From positions 28,644,001 through 28,708,000 of the forward strand of contig OX597818.1 of the NCBI GenBank assembly GCA_951406725.2: a stretch of 64,000 bases of DNA, in the 5' to 3' direction. Positions 39,600 through 52,014 of the stretch are shown piece by piece. This DNA comes from Octopus vulgaris (taxonomy: Eukaryota). How positions within the stretch are numbered: the stretch's first letter is position 1; each line of letters begins with the position of its first letter. The position numbers and the translations under genes were made by a program. Below the pieces are notes generated by a model. The model had not been told where the DNA came from. It saw nothing but the letters and a program-made list of their open reading frames with translations, and searched no databases.

Positions 39600-42060
39600 G
39601 GAACATTTTTGTTGAGTGCAAACAGGTATTTGTTTACAGTCATTTTTTTCTGAAAAATTACGAGTATAATTTTTTTCCTCAAAATGTAAACACTGTACAA
39701 ATAACACCATTTGGATATTCTCCCACATCAGGCGTGCATTCAGTAACAAACCAGGCCTCTACTATTACTATGCTGCCCTAAGAGTCAGGTTCACCATTCT
39801 ACTACCAATATACTATTATTTACCCAAACTGACTGTCCTCAATATGCTGTCAGAAAACCTAATAACAACATTGAGGATGAAAAATATACTGAGCTGGAAG
39901 AGTAAGGAGTATAGACACTTGCAATGTTGTCTCTGTGAAATCTCTCAAGAGAGAATTACTTCATTTCTTAATACTCCACCTTCAGAAAAGATCTTATCTA
40001 ACTAACATAAATAAAAAAAAGCATTAATTCTAATGGTGCTTAAAAATAATCAAGGGAGAATATTAATAAAGTGTAAAGAGCTCTTATCTTGGCAAATTAT
40101 TACTTGTTTATATACCCTCTCAACAACTGCAATGTAGCACCTTAGACATACTGAAAAATTAAAGGATTTGGGAAGAAAATAAAAGGATGGTTGATTTATG
40201 GAGAACTATCAGTTAAGGGGCATTGTGTATCACATGCAAACAAATACTACACTTACATCTAGCAAAGAATGAAAAATAAAGTAGAAACAATGTTCGGAGA
40301 TAATAAAAAGAGAGAACATTTATATACAAATTAATTGCCCTTAAATAGGAACTAAAAGTTGTCAGTGAAAAATTCTGGCATCAGTAAAAAGCAGTTGAAA
40401 TAAAAAAGATTAACATGAAATTTAATTGAAACTAGTCAGCAGTTTATAGAAATATGAGAGGACAATGGATAAATGTCACATTGCTTCTTTCTTGTGAAGA
40501 TGAGTCATTCTGGAAAAAAATCTGGAGTCAGGAAAAGGAGTTTAATCCAAAGAGTGTAGAGTGGTTAGAAGAAATCTGAAACAAATATTGTCTCTGTATT
40601 AGACAAAAGGAATACAACATCAAAAATGAGACTTTCAACATGGTTATTCAAAAGCTTCAGGATAGGGAAGCATCAGGAAGGACCCAGTTATCAGAGACTA
40701 GTACAAAAAAACTGAACTTCTGTCAGAGGAATTCCATTGATGTTTACTTGTAAGCTCTCAGTGGTAGAGACAAAACAAAACTGACATCCAAAAGCAATGC
40801 TACTTGCATGGTGAAAATTACCAACCAATTACATGCCAGAATCTCATGTATAAAACCTATATAGCTTACCTGAACTTATGCTTTCAAGAAATTCTGGTAG
40901 CTATAATATCACAGCTGGACAAGCAGCTGAGAAGAAAGAATTTGGGAAGTGTCAAACAGCTCTTGATTAACAAAATTATGATATCAAATATGTAGTGAAC
41001 TTGGTCATATTCTGGCTAGATTTCAAGAAACATTCAATTCTGTTCTCAACTCATAGATGCTAGAATCCCTTCACCTTGTTAAAGTTTCAGATACTATTAT
41101 TAAGGTCATAAAGAACCTAACTTTATTCTGGGTCACAATTCTGAAGTTGATTACATTGACCCCCAAGGAAGTGGCCCTATTGAGATATATTGCAAGATTA
41201 GAGCCTCTCAATAATCAACTTGTCACTTACCTGAAGGAAATTTGATGGTTATGCAAATTGGCTCACAGGAAGTTAGAAAAAAACCAATCCAACAATTTGT
41301 TTCTTTGTGGATGATCTGATAGAATATACCAAGAATATGAATGGTATGAAGAAATGCCTTAGCCTGGTTATGACGTTCATGCAAAAGATACAGGGGTGGA
41401 GTTTGCAAAGAAAAATGTTTTTACATGATTGCAAAACAAGAGAACTACTAGCTCATCTAGTAGCAATTCTTCATTTCTACCAATGACCTGTCTATTTTAC
41501 TGATATCAGATGAAGAATGGTACTTAAGGATGGATGAAAATATTAATTGTAATAGAAATTCTAACATGATATGTAAAAAGCTAGGAATATTAAGCCAGTC
41601 AAAAGAAAATATTGTCCTCTGCATTTTATGTGCACAATAAATCATTACCCCAAATATGCTAACTGTACCGGTACGCATATCAACATTTGGACTTCTTAAC
41701 TAGATGTTAGATAAGATCTGGATTATTGAGGCTAAAGTCGCCAAATTGTTAATTTATAAAAAAAAAACTGACATAGACTACTTTTACTTAAAATAAAATT
41801 AAAGCAGCAGAGACATCAATTTAAACAGCATTTGAATGTCACATCATATCCCTTCAACAGCTTCTACTGACCACCAGATGTTGAAATTTGGCTATGGAGC
41901 ATGGCTACATATACGAGGTAGATAACATCATAATAGTTTGAAAGGAGCTTTTCAGAAAGTATTCCCTGACCTATGATCAGGGATACACACCCAGAGAAGT
42001 TGAATAACTCTAATGGATATGCTTTTGCAACACTAGAATCAGAAATAACAACTACTTGAG
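39600..42060 (+). mobile_element. Second decayed R4/Dong-like non-LTR retrotransposon
   Basis: ESFWKKIWSQ, ENYQPITCQNLMYKTY, WLDFKK and GYAFA motifs occur in order, with many stops. Confidence 0.6.
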
Positions 42061-42949
42061 GATAAAATTCACAAAACGGATACAGATGCAAGTAAACCAC
42101 CCAGATCATTAATAAAAATCTATAGAAAGGATAATCCTGAAGATACAAATATAAGAAGCTACTGAGATATGGAGAACATAATCCAACAAAATATGAAAGA
42201 ACACTGATGGAATGTTCTTATAGACTAACAAAGTGTCAACTTAACAGACTGAATTTAATGTACACTTGCAATAAGTCATTTGGTAGTTCATCATTATCCT
42301 CATCATTTAAACATCTGTTGTCTGTGCTGGCATGAGATAGACGGTTTGACCAGGACTGGTGAGTTGAAGGACTGCACCAGACTCCAATCGTATTTGTCAT
42401 TGTTGTTAACATAATATTAAAGATGAGTAAAAAAAGAACAAACTCATGTTGAATTGATGAGAAATCTGCTTTTAATCCGTCCAGATTATGGTTCTATATT
42501 TCTACCAATGGTTTTGGAAGCACATAAAGTCAGAAAGAACACACCTAATCAAGAGATTACAAGTATTCAAAAGCGCTATCAAAATATGCAAAATAATCAA
42601 GAAGTTTAGCAGGTAATAAGTGCACATACATATACGTACATGCTTATATACATACATGTAAAGATATTATACATACATATAGGTATGCACACATACATAC
42701 ATACATACATACATACATGCATGAATGCATGCATGCATACAATACCTACATCCATAGCTTAAAACCTACGTATGCTACTCTATAAGCAAAAGACAGCCTA
42801 TTTTCTAGTTGATCACCTTATATTCTAACCTATTCTTCATAACTGATCTGATTTCTATCTTCTCTATACTTTTCCTTCGATAATTAGGCATGCTAATTAA
42901 ATTGATATTGTGCTTATGTTAGCAATCATCATTAGTATTATGTTAATAC

Positions 42950-43345
42950 CTCTTATCATTTAGCTTTTGTTTGTTTCAATCATTGGGCTGTGGTCTTGCT
43001 GAGGTACTACTTTGAAGGATTTATTTGAAGAAATTGACCCCAGTACTTAAAGTTTTCTTTTAAAGCCTGCTACTTATTCTGTCAGTCACTTTTGCTGAAT
43101 TGCTAAGTTATGGGGATGTAAGCAAACCAACACCAGTTGTCAATCAGTGGTGAAGACAAACACACACACTCAGAGCAAAGGCACATAACCATTCTTCAGT
43201 TTCCATCTATGAAATCCACTCACAAGGCTTTTGTCGGACCAAGGCTGTAGTAGAAAGCACCTGACCAAGTGCGATGCAGCATGACTGAACCCAGAACCAT
43301 GTGGTTGGGAAGCAAATTTCTTACCACACAGCCATGCCTACACTT
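42950..43345 (-). mobile_element. Decayed tRNA/CORE-type SINE(s)
   Basis: aattgaccccagtactt, cactcacaaggcttt and gactgaacccagaaccatgtggttgggaagc are shared with 8278-8460 and 55075-55225. Confidence 0.6.
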
Positions 43346-44714
43346 AATAGATCATTCTTATTTTTAAAAATATTTTTCTCCTGGTAAACATTTGTTCATA
43401 TAACAAATAACGAATACAAAATTTCAAAGTGTGTATATGTACATTAAATAATAGTTTTGTTTGAATACTTCTTTCCATTGAAAATTAAAACTGTATCTCT
43501 TTTGTAAAATGATGCTTTATTTCAGGATATGTGTGCTGGGTTTTCAGCTTTGGAAAGCAGCTGGCAATGAGAATACAATACATTAGATTGTGACTTAATT
43601 TACTTATCCTATTTCACATACTTATATTGAAACATCCTGATATTACAAGGCGTCAGACACATCCAGATCCGTATGTACTGACTAGTTATATTATAAACAA
43701 AGCTTAACATTTAATGAAGATTTATACTTTAAAAGTTGATTTTGTTTTTCTTTAAATTTTCTGTCTGATGTGCCTTCGAGTTTATTCGGTTTTAGATGAG
43801 CCAATTTGGAAGAATTGTTGGAGTAGCCATTTTCAAAGTTAGATATCATTTCCTAATATTAATGTTGACAGTATACTATAGGGACATAGTAGCTGAGAGG
43901 TTAGGGTTGAATAAGGTTACCAAACCAAGACAACAAACAAATATATCAAACACTCCAACATTGAAAGTTCAGTAATTGAGAAAGTAAATTGATTTGTACA
44001 CTAAATAAATGAATATAAATAAATAAACAATTTAAACAGCTCATGTGCATGTCTGATTTAGGACATTGTGGATATTCTTAGTAGTAAAATATGAGGTTTA
44101 TCCAAAAACTAGCAAGTTATTTTTTGTATATAAGTTCAAATTCATTATTGTTGAAGTGGTGACACATAGCCATATAATTTATAATGGTTTCAATTGATCT
44201 ACTTAAGTCAAGGTCATTGTGTGGAAATTCCAACAATACACATCACTCTACTTATAATCTCAAACAATTTTCTATTATTTTATGCTTATTTAAACATTGT
44301 AGAAAAATGATACTCTGTTAACAGTTGTCATAATGACTAAAAATAAAGGATGGGCTTCCAGATAATCAACATCCTGTACATCATATATGGAATTCTGTCT
44401 CATATATCTATCTTCCATGACTACCAAACCATCTCAGGAAGGAGAAATAGAGAGGTTTAAGTCGTTTTTTTTAAATAATGTGTCTAAAAGCTAAAGTTTG
44501 GAAGGAGAAAACAGAATAAAAATATTAACTATTTTGTAGCTATCAGCTACAATGTTTCCAAGATAATCTAACTGAAACAATGGCAGAAAATGAGAAATTT
44601 GTAGCTGCTTTAAAAAATGTCATTGTAAGAATTGTAGTGTCACAATAAAGTCACTGTTTATGTGTTTATGTTCATGCTTGTGTGTGTGTGTGCATGTTTT
44701 TAATGTACGAATGG

Positions 44715-44950
44715 AAGAAAATATAGCCAAATGGTTATAAAGTTCCCTTCCAAATCATGAGTTCCTATATTCAATGCTACTGTGTGAAGTCTTGGGCTAG
44801 CATCTTTTACTATAGTTTCAAGTTCACCAAATTTTTGAGAGTGAAACTGGATAGACAGAAGCTGTGTGGAAGGTCATCAGAAGGGCTGGACTAGTAATTC
44901 AAAAAGTCAGCTTTGTCACTCTGCAGTATGCTGAATCTGCTTAAAGATTA
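44715..44950 (+). mobile_element. Decayed SINE
   Basis: tagccaaatggtt (A-box-like), ttgggctagcatctt and gaaactggatagacagaagctg belong to the same family as 55075-55225. Confidence 0.45.
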
Positions 44951-44974
44951 TGCTAAGAATACATATAATAATAA

Positions 44975-45700
44975 TGATAATAAATAATGAAATTATTGTA
45001 TACTGTGCTCAAGTGCACCACAACTTGTCAGAAAGTGCGTATAAAGTGTATGCAGTAATGTATAAATGTCTGGAAAGCGAACAATGTATGAGTCAGATAT
45101 ATGCTTGTGTGTGTATGGAGGGGAGGAAATCAGGTGTAGTGTTAGCAAATCTCAGGAAGCATGGAAGTTTTGAAGGATGCAGTGCTCTGACAACTAACAA
45201 CTGATGCCAGCAGTTTGTTCCATGCTTCAGCAACTCTCTGCGTGAAAAAATGTTTCCTAAAGTCATGGGAGCTGTGCTGTTTTCTGACTTTGTAAATATG
45301 TCCACGGGTGTTAGACGGGTGGCGTTTGAAAAGGTGCTCAGAGTTATTGTTTGTAAGATGGTTGATAATTTTATGGGTGTCTGCCAAGTCAGCTGCCAGA
45401 CATCGGAGTTTCAATGTGTCCATGCCCAGGGAAGTAAGGCGTTCAGAATATGGCAAATGCCTGATGGAGGGTATTCTTTTGGTTGCACGTCGCTGAACGG
45501 CTTCCAGACGATTGATATCCTGGGCAAGATAGGGGTTCCAGACCAGTGATGCAAATTCCAGGTGAGGTCTTACTATAGCTATATAAAGCTGCAGATAGAT
45601 AGTCAGAGAGCGGCTCACAAAGGATTTGGTGAGTGATGCCAAGACACTCTCAGCCTTCTTGACAATTTTATCGATGTGTTTTGTCCAACGCAAATCACTG
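44975..45700 (-). mobile_element. CR1-group LINE 3' fragment (same family as 9320-10270)
   Basis: ORF 45142..45729 has RPHLEFASLVWNPY, NTRGH and HFFTQRVAEAWNKL. It has an (ATT)n-like tail and is highly similar to 9320-10040. Confidence 0.9.
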
Positions 45701-46079
45701 CAAATCAAATCTGTAGAATACTCAACCACTTACAATATAATTCAGTGAGTAGTTCAGTTATTTGAATAACAGAAAAATTCATTATGAAAATTGAATACAA
45801 ATGTTTGTTTTTACTTTATACATTATATGAAAATAGATTTGTGGTCACTTGGTAGGTTTTCAATTGGCATTGCTCTCTGTCTATCTGTCTGTCTGTCTCT
45901 CTCTCTCTCAACCTCTCTTTCTATATATATACACACACATATAGTAATAGAAAATTTAAATTTAAAAAAAAGGCGGGAACTTAGTTGCCAACTCAATGAA
46001 AGAGAATGCAAAAGAAATATATAAATTGGTTTTATTAACAGAATTACCTTAAAGATGGGACAATTTGTGCGTGATGAAG

Positions 46080-46420
46080 ACGATAGAGTGGAGAAGAGAA
46101 GGATTAATGTTTGGAAGGAGATTGTCCTTCCATTAAGACTTCAGGAAGAAGAATTTCTGACGTTTTGTCTCACTTAGGCTTAATTTAGGCTTTTTGGACA
46201 CACTTTCTTCATTTTTGCACTTGCAGTTCATTTCATTAGAAACATATCAAGAAAAGTCTGCTTTTTCCTGCCTTTCAGAATGTTATGGAAATGTGCCAGA
46301 GCAGTGTTATTGTATGAAATTTGCTTGTACTGCAGATTTTTGCTCATACTTCAAGACAAAAATTTGCACAAACCTCGGATTGTAAAGCAAATTATTCATA
46401 CAATAGGCCACACATACTAC
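46080..46420 (-). mobile_element. Tigger-type transposase C-terminal remnant
   Basis: Minus strand reads HFHNILKGRKKQTFLDMFLMK and LLPEVLMEGQSPSKH. Confidence 0.55.
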
Positions 46421-46439
46421 AAAGTTCTACTGTATAATG

Positions 46440-47068
46440 TTTATCACCACTTTAATGTGGGTGTTCTCTAAGTAAGAGATGATAATACTACTATTTTAAC
46501 CCCTTAACCCCAGGAAGACATCTTCTCTAGCTGGTTTATTCCGTGCACTTTCTACACTTGATATTTATTACAAATGGGAAATAGCTCTTGCCAGCCTAGC
46601 TTCATGACCACCGGACTACATGATTTTGATCTTATTGGATCTCTTCAGTGGTGGGCACTCATTTGCCAGGCATGGCAGTTGTTTAATTTCACTTGTAATG
46701 AAAAGAAAATACAGTTTCAATATAATTTCACTTGTAATGAAAAGAAAATACACTGATTTTGTAACTACAAGCTTCCTAGTTACAAAATTAGAGATTGTAT
46801 GAAACTGTATTTTCTGTATCTTCTAAGTGAGGTTAAACTACTGCCATGCTTGGCAAATGAATGCCCACAACTGAAGAGATCCAATAAAAGTGAAATCATG
46901 TGGTCTGGTGGTTTCAAAGCTAGGGTGACAGGAGTTATCTCTCACTTGCAATAAATATTGAGTGCAGAAAGCATACTGAATAAACCAGCTGACGAGATAT
47001 CTTCCTGGGATTAAAACAAGATTGATCGTCACCTCTTAGAGAACACCCATGTTCAAGTGGCAATAAAA
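46440..47068. repeat. Long inverted repeat (~270-bp arms), each arm carrying a hammerhead-like motif
   Basis: 46440-46718 is the diverged reverse complement of 46800-47068. Motifs lie at 46608-46654 (-) and 46865-46911 (+). Confidence 0.8.
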
Positions 47069-47130
47069 TCTATCTTTTGATTCATATACTGCTTCTATTT
47101 TGAACAGAGATATTCTAACAGACTAGTTTC

Positions 47131-47137
<7 letters not shown>

Positions 47138-47172
<35 letters not shown>

Positions 47173-47208
47173 GTAGTAATAATAATAATAATAATAATAA
47201 TAATAGTA

Positions 47209-47247
<39 letters not shown>

Positions 47248-47265
47248 GTAATAATAATAATAATC
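47138..47265. repeat. (TAA)n microsatellite
   Basis: Read directly from the sequence. Confidence 0.95.
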
Positions 47266-48190
47266 ATATTAGGGAGTATAACTCCAAACTTATAGGGAAA
47301 ATTTGATTTAGTATTAAATCAAATTTCACAGTATAAATATATAAAATATGAATAAGAGATAAAACCACTATTATGCAGCTCAAATAGTGATAGACATAAA
47401 CCAATACATAAATAACAAATAATGTAAATAATATAAATATAATTGATATAATATATAATATATATATTTATAATTTTTTTTTCAAAAAGTATAAAAGAAT
47501 GATAAATATAATATAATAAGTAAAAACACTACATACATTTCATGGCTATAATTAAATTTGAATTGCAATTAAGTTTAAATTCAATTGAAATAAATTCGAA
47601 CTAAAATTATAGTCAATATTCAGGTTAATGATAATAGTGAATAAATAAGCAAATAGAGTTAAACAATATTTTTTAAGAAATAAATAAAATAATAATTTTT
47701 CTCATTAAAAAAACTCCATTATCTAAATTAGAAACTTAAAACATTAGGAGTATTTCATACAGCCCATTTATTATGTTAAATATTTATTTTTAAGGTAAAA
47801 AAATTAATAGAATTATGTATTTATCTATGAAGATATAATATGGCTTAAAAAAAACATAATAAACTCTCGAATATCCTTAACTCAGTTATAGTCCAATATT
47901 TAATTACCAAATTATTTAACAAAACAATCACTATTCATATTTTTAAATTTAAGTTCACATCTAATAATTATAAATATTTAAAAGGAAGTATCTAAATTAT
48001 AATCAACAAACATAGTAATTAAAAGCTAAAATTTACTCTATCAATAAAAATATAGACATATAATGAAAGATAAATGAATTAATTAGTCCATTATTACTTA
48101 CATAAATATTATAAATATCAATACAATATATTTATGAAATACATTTAAAAAGTTACAGATTTTATCTCTAATTCATATTTTATATATATA

Positions 48191-48707
48191 CTAGCAGTAT
48201 CGCCCGGTGTTGCTCGGGTTTGTAAGGGAAATAACTATATAAGCATTTTTAGAGAGTTACTTCCTTTATAGATGCCAATTCGGGCTTTCTTAGCCATTTC
48301 TGTTTTGGTGTCTTCAAGCCATGAAGTCGTTGTTCTAAAAGAACGCTGGTCTCCTTGACAACGCATTACAACGTTGATTTCCTTACACTCCCTTCCCCAC
48401 AGCTTCACGAGGGAGGGAAGAAGGGGGAGAAGCAAACACAGGTGCAGGTGTTTGAGCGTGGACGCCAACTCCGCCGCCATCGACACGCGAAAAATTATGC
48501 ATTAAAATGGAATAAAAAATGATGTTAAATTATTTTAAAAATCGTAGACTCATCGTAGACACGCGCTAATAGCCAGACGGGCTCGATATTAATTACGACT
48601 ATAAGATACCCGAATTTGGTTAAACTGCACCGCAAAATGTGGGAGGAGTTAGGAATCTAAATCGTAGGAGACAGACACTCACACAACTACAGTTTTATAT
48701 ATATAGA
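48191..48707 (-). mobile_element. Non-autonomous Helitron (copy 1 of a tandem pair)
   Basis: Minus strand runs TC...hairpin cccgagcaacaccggg...CTAG, with A|T insertion. Confidence 0.85.
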
Positions 48708-48711
48708 TATA

Positions 48712-49217
48712 CTAGCAGTATCGCCCGGCGTTGCTCGGGTTTGTAAGGGAAATAACTATATAAGCATTTTTAGAGAGTTACTTCCCTTATAAATTCGGGC
48801 TTTCTTAGCCATTTTTGTTTTGGTGTCTTCAAGCCATGAAGTCGTTGTTCTAAAAGAACGCTGGTTTCCTTCACAACGCATTACGACGTTGATTTCTTTA
48901 CACTCCCTTCCCCACAGCTTCACGAGGGAGGGAAGGGGGAGAAGCAAACAGGTGCAGCTGTGAGCGTGGACGCCAACTCCGCCGCCATCGACATACGATG
49001 CATTTTATGCATTAAAATGGAATAAAAAATTATGTTAAATTATTTTTAAAATCGTAGACTCATCGTTGACGCGCGCTAATAGTCAGACGGGCTCGATATG
49101 AATCACGACTATAAGATACCCGAATTTGGTTAAACTGCACCGCAAAATGTGGGAGGAGTTAGGAATCTAAATCGAAGGGGACAGACACTCACACAACTAG
49201 AGTTTTATATATATAGA
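48712..49217 (-). mobile_element. Non-autonomous Helitron (copy 2 of a tandem pair)
   Basis: Highly similar direct copy of 48191-48707, separated from it by TATA. Confidence 0.85.
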
Positions 49218-49234
49218 TATAAGGTTAAATAAGG

Positions 49235-51885
49235 TCAGTCTATGGGATTACCCTGGGTTTCACATCCATAAAGCGCTTAGCTTTACAGCATATCATCAAA
49301 CCTCAAAACCTGTTGACATATGGCCTCTGTAACAAGTGACTTTTCTAGAAAATGGAGGAGAAAAAGACTTCATTACTGTCAACAATAGGTAATTGTCTCC
49401 TTTTGGAGATTATCAATAACAGCCAAAGGGAGACAATCCCCTGTTGTTGACAGTAACGAAGTCCTTTTCTCCTCCATTTTCTAGAGAGGTCATGTGCCAA
49501 CAGGTTTTGAGATTTGATGATACACTGTAAATTTAAGCATTTTATGGAGGTGGAACCCAAGGTAATCCCATAGATTACCCACACACATACAACAACTCTC
49601 ATACAACGACACACATACAACATACATCAGCACTGTTACAGGCTCCCATTGCAATGTCAAAGGAGCCTACACACATACAACAACATCAACAGTGAAGCCA
49701 AACAATTAGTCAACGACTTAGATATAGCAGATGGGGTAGAGATTTTAGCTAAAGAGAAAGCTTTTACTACCATCAAACCATAAACCAAACTTTGCATCGA
49801 TCCTTAAATGCCACCTGATTAACCCAGCAAAATCCAAGATCTGTTTGGCAAGCAATTACATACTGAGGAACATTAACAACAGTATAAGGAGAGCCACTAA
49901 CCTCTCCCTATGGCATAACACCAATGAAGTGATTGCATGGTTTAATACCAACAAGGGGGAGGCAAAGCAAGGTTCATCTAATTTTACCTGTTTATATCAA
50001 AAGTGTTACTGGTCAAAGTACTTTCCTTTACTAGGAGCTTCACTGATATTAGTGACAGGGACACACATGTCATTATGCTAGGAAAACAGTACTGCTCAAT
50101 AAAAGTTTGACCTGGGTCAAGCAATCTGACATTGTAGGCTCCTTTGACATTGCAATGGGAGTCTGTAACTGTGCTGATGTATGCGACCTCATCAAGTTGT
50201 CTATCATAGAAACTATTAAGAAGAAGCTTCCCTCTGTCTTTTTTAGTCTCTGCAGAGATGACGCTCTGGCCATCACTAGAGGAGCCCATGGCCACACTCT
50301 AAACAGGCTTAGGAAACATCTAATTAGCATCCTTGGCTCTATGGGACTGAAAATTTCTATCACCACAGCAGACTTCTTGGACATCATGCTCAACTTGAGC
50401 TTCAGTAGATACAGGTTCAACTGCAAATCACGTGATTGGCTGACATACATCAACAGTCTCCTGTCATCCATCCATTTTGTTCAAAAACCTAGTAAAGGGT
50501 ATAAGTGAGAGAATCATGAACCTTCCTTCTAGCCAAGAAATTTTTGATGCAGCAGGCTCCTACTATATCAAGTCACAAGCTACTGGTGGATTTCGGGACC
50601 ACATCTCCTACATGCTGGGCTCTAATACCCACAGAAGGAAGTGCCATGGAAATATCATTGGTTTTTTTCCCCACTCTTTCGCCTTACAGGCTAGTAGATA
50701 AACACTTCACACATTCACATAGATGCAGATACATCTTCAACAGGCACAACCTTAGGGTCTCTTTTAGCTGCACCCCCAATATTATGAGTATTTTAGTGAG
50801 CACCTCTAGGCTATGGTGGAAGTGAGATGCTCATGCAGGGACTACAACAGATGCCAAGTGGGAAGCCATTGTGAAACCAAGGGACCTATCTATGAAGATG
50901 ATGTACTAGGCAACCCTAGTAGCAGCAGCAACAACATCAGCAGCTTCCCTGACGACTACTACAGTAGCAGGGATGTCAGTATCAATAGCAGCAGCAGTAG
51001 AAACACAAACAGGATTAGCGGCAGCACTACTGCTACCAGTGATAATAACATCAACAATAGCAATAACAGTATCCCTTACAGAAATAGCAACAGATCCATC
51101 ACAAATGATAACTATAACAACAGTGATAGCACCAGCCACCATGATAGCATCGACAACAACTCCAACAATACTATCGATGACAACTATAACGCCATCAACA
51201 GCACTATCATCACTGAGGTCCCCTATGCCAGCAGTAACAGCACCAACACCATCAATAGATTTAATGGTGCCAATAAGAACACCAACAGCACCAATAACAA
51301 CAGCTGTAGCAACAGCGTCAACACCAGCAGATACAACATCGCCAACAGCTGCACACAGAGATGCATCAGATGCTCCAGTAACATGTTCAAGCATTGCCTC
51401 TCCAACCACGGATCCTCTTTCAGGATACTGGAAATGAGATACGCTACATCATTAGCCAGCCATGATGGCTGAAAGACAAAGGAATTCTGCACGTAATATC
51501 AAAGAGAATCCTAGAAAACCCAGGCCCCTACATAAATGGGACTTAAGTGTTGTAAACTGTGGGGATATTAAAGGACTCCCTTGACCCAAGGAACATCCTT
51601 AACTCCAGAATGGAAGTCTTCAGACCCTGTTTGCACTTCAGGAAATTCTTGCTGGCGTCCTGGGACCCATACAATAACAGAGTCAATTATGAATAAAATA
51701 TTTTTGTTGTTTTTGTAAAATCTCAGAAAATAATTAAAAATTCCCCTGTTGTTGACAGAGTAACGAAGTCTTTTCCTTCTCCATTTTCTAGTGAGGCCAT
51801 ATACCAATGGGTTTTGAGGTCTGATGATACGCTGTAAACCTAAGTGTTTTATTGATGTGAAACCCAGGGTAATCCCATGGACCAG
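49235..51885 (+). mobile_element. Penelope-like element: inverted plus direct 5' pseudo-LTRs, decayed RT/GIY-YIG ORF, 3' pseudo-LTR
   Basis: Repeats at 49238-49390 (-), 49438-49578 (+) and 51742-51883 (+). Protein fragments LINPAKS, FDIAMG, CRDDALAI, ADFLDIMLNL, HRCRYIFNRHNLRVSFSCTPNI, CSCRDYNRC and LNSRMEVFRPCLH. Confidence 0.88.
51816..51876 (+). ncRNA. Hammerhead ribozyme motif in the 3' pseudo-LTR
   Basis: GAGGT-CTGATGA-(31 nt)-GAAA-CC-cag-GG-TA-ATCCC. Paralogous copies lie at 49509-49569 (+) and 49244-49304 (-). Confidence 0.65.
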
Positions 51886-51961
51886 CCTCATCTATCTTTA
51901 TACTATACTGTTCTATAACTTAAAGTGTGCTTCTTTTACAGATTTATGATTTACCTATGAT

Positions 51962-52012
<51 letters not shown>

Positions 52013-52014
<2 letters not shown>

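Noticed and set aside
50906-51437. Mucin-like Thr/Ala-rich and antisense Val-rich ORFs
   Set aside because: They are alternative frames of the trinucleotide-like insert within the PLE.
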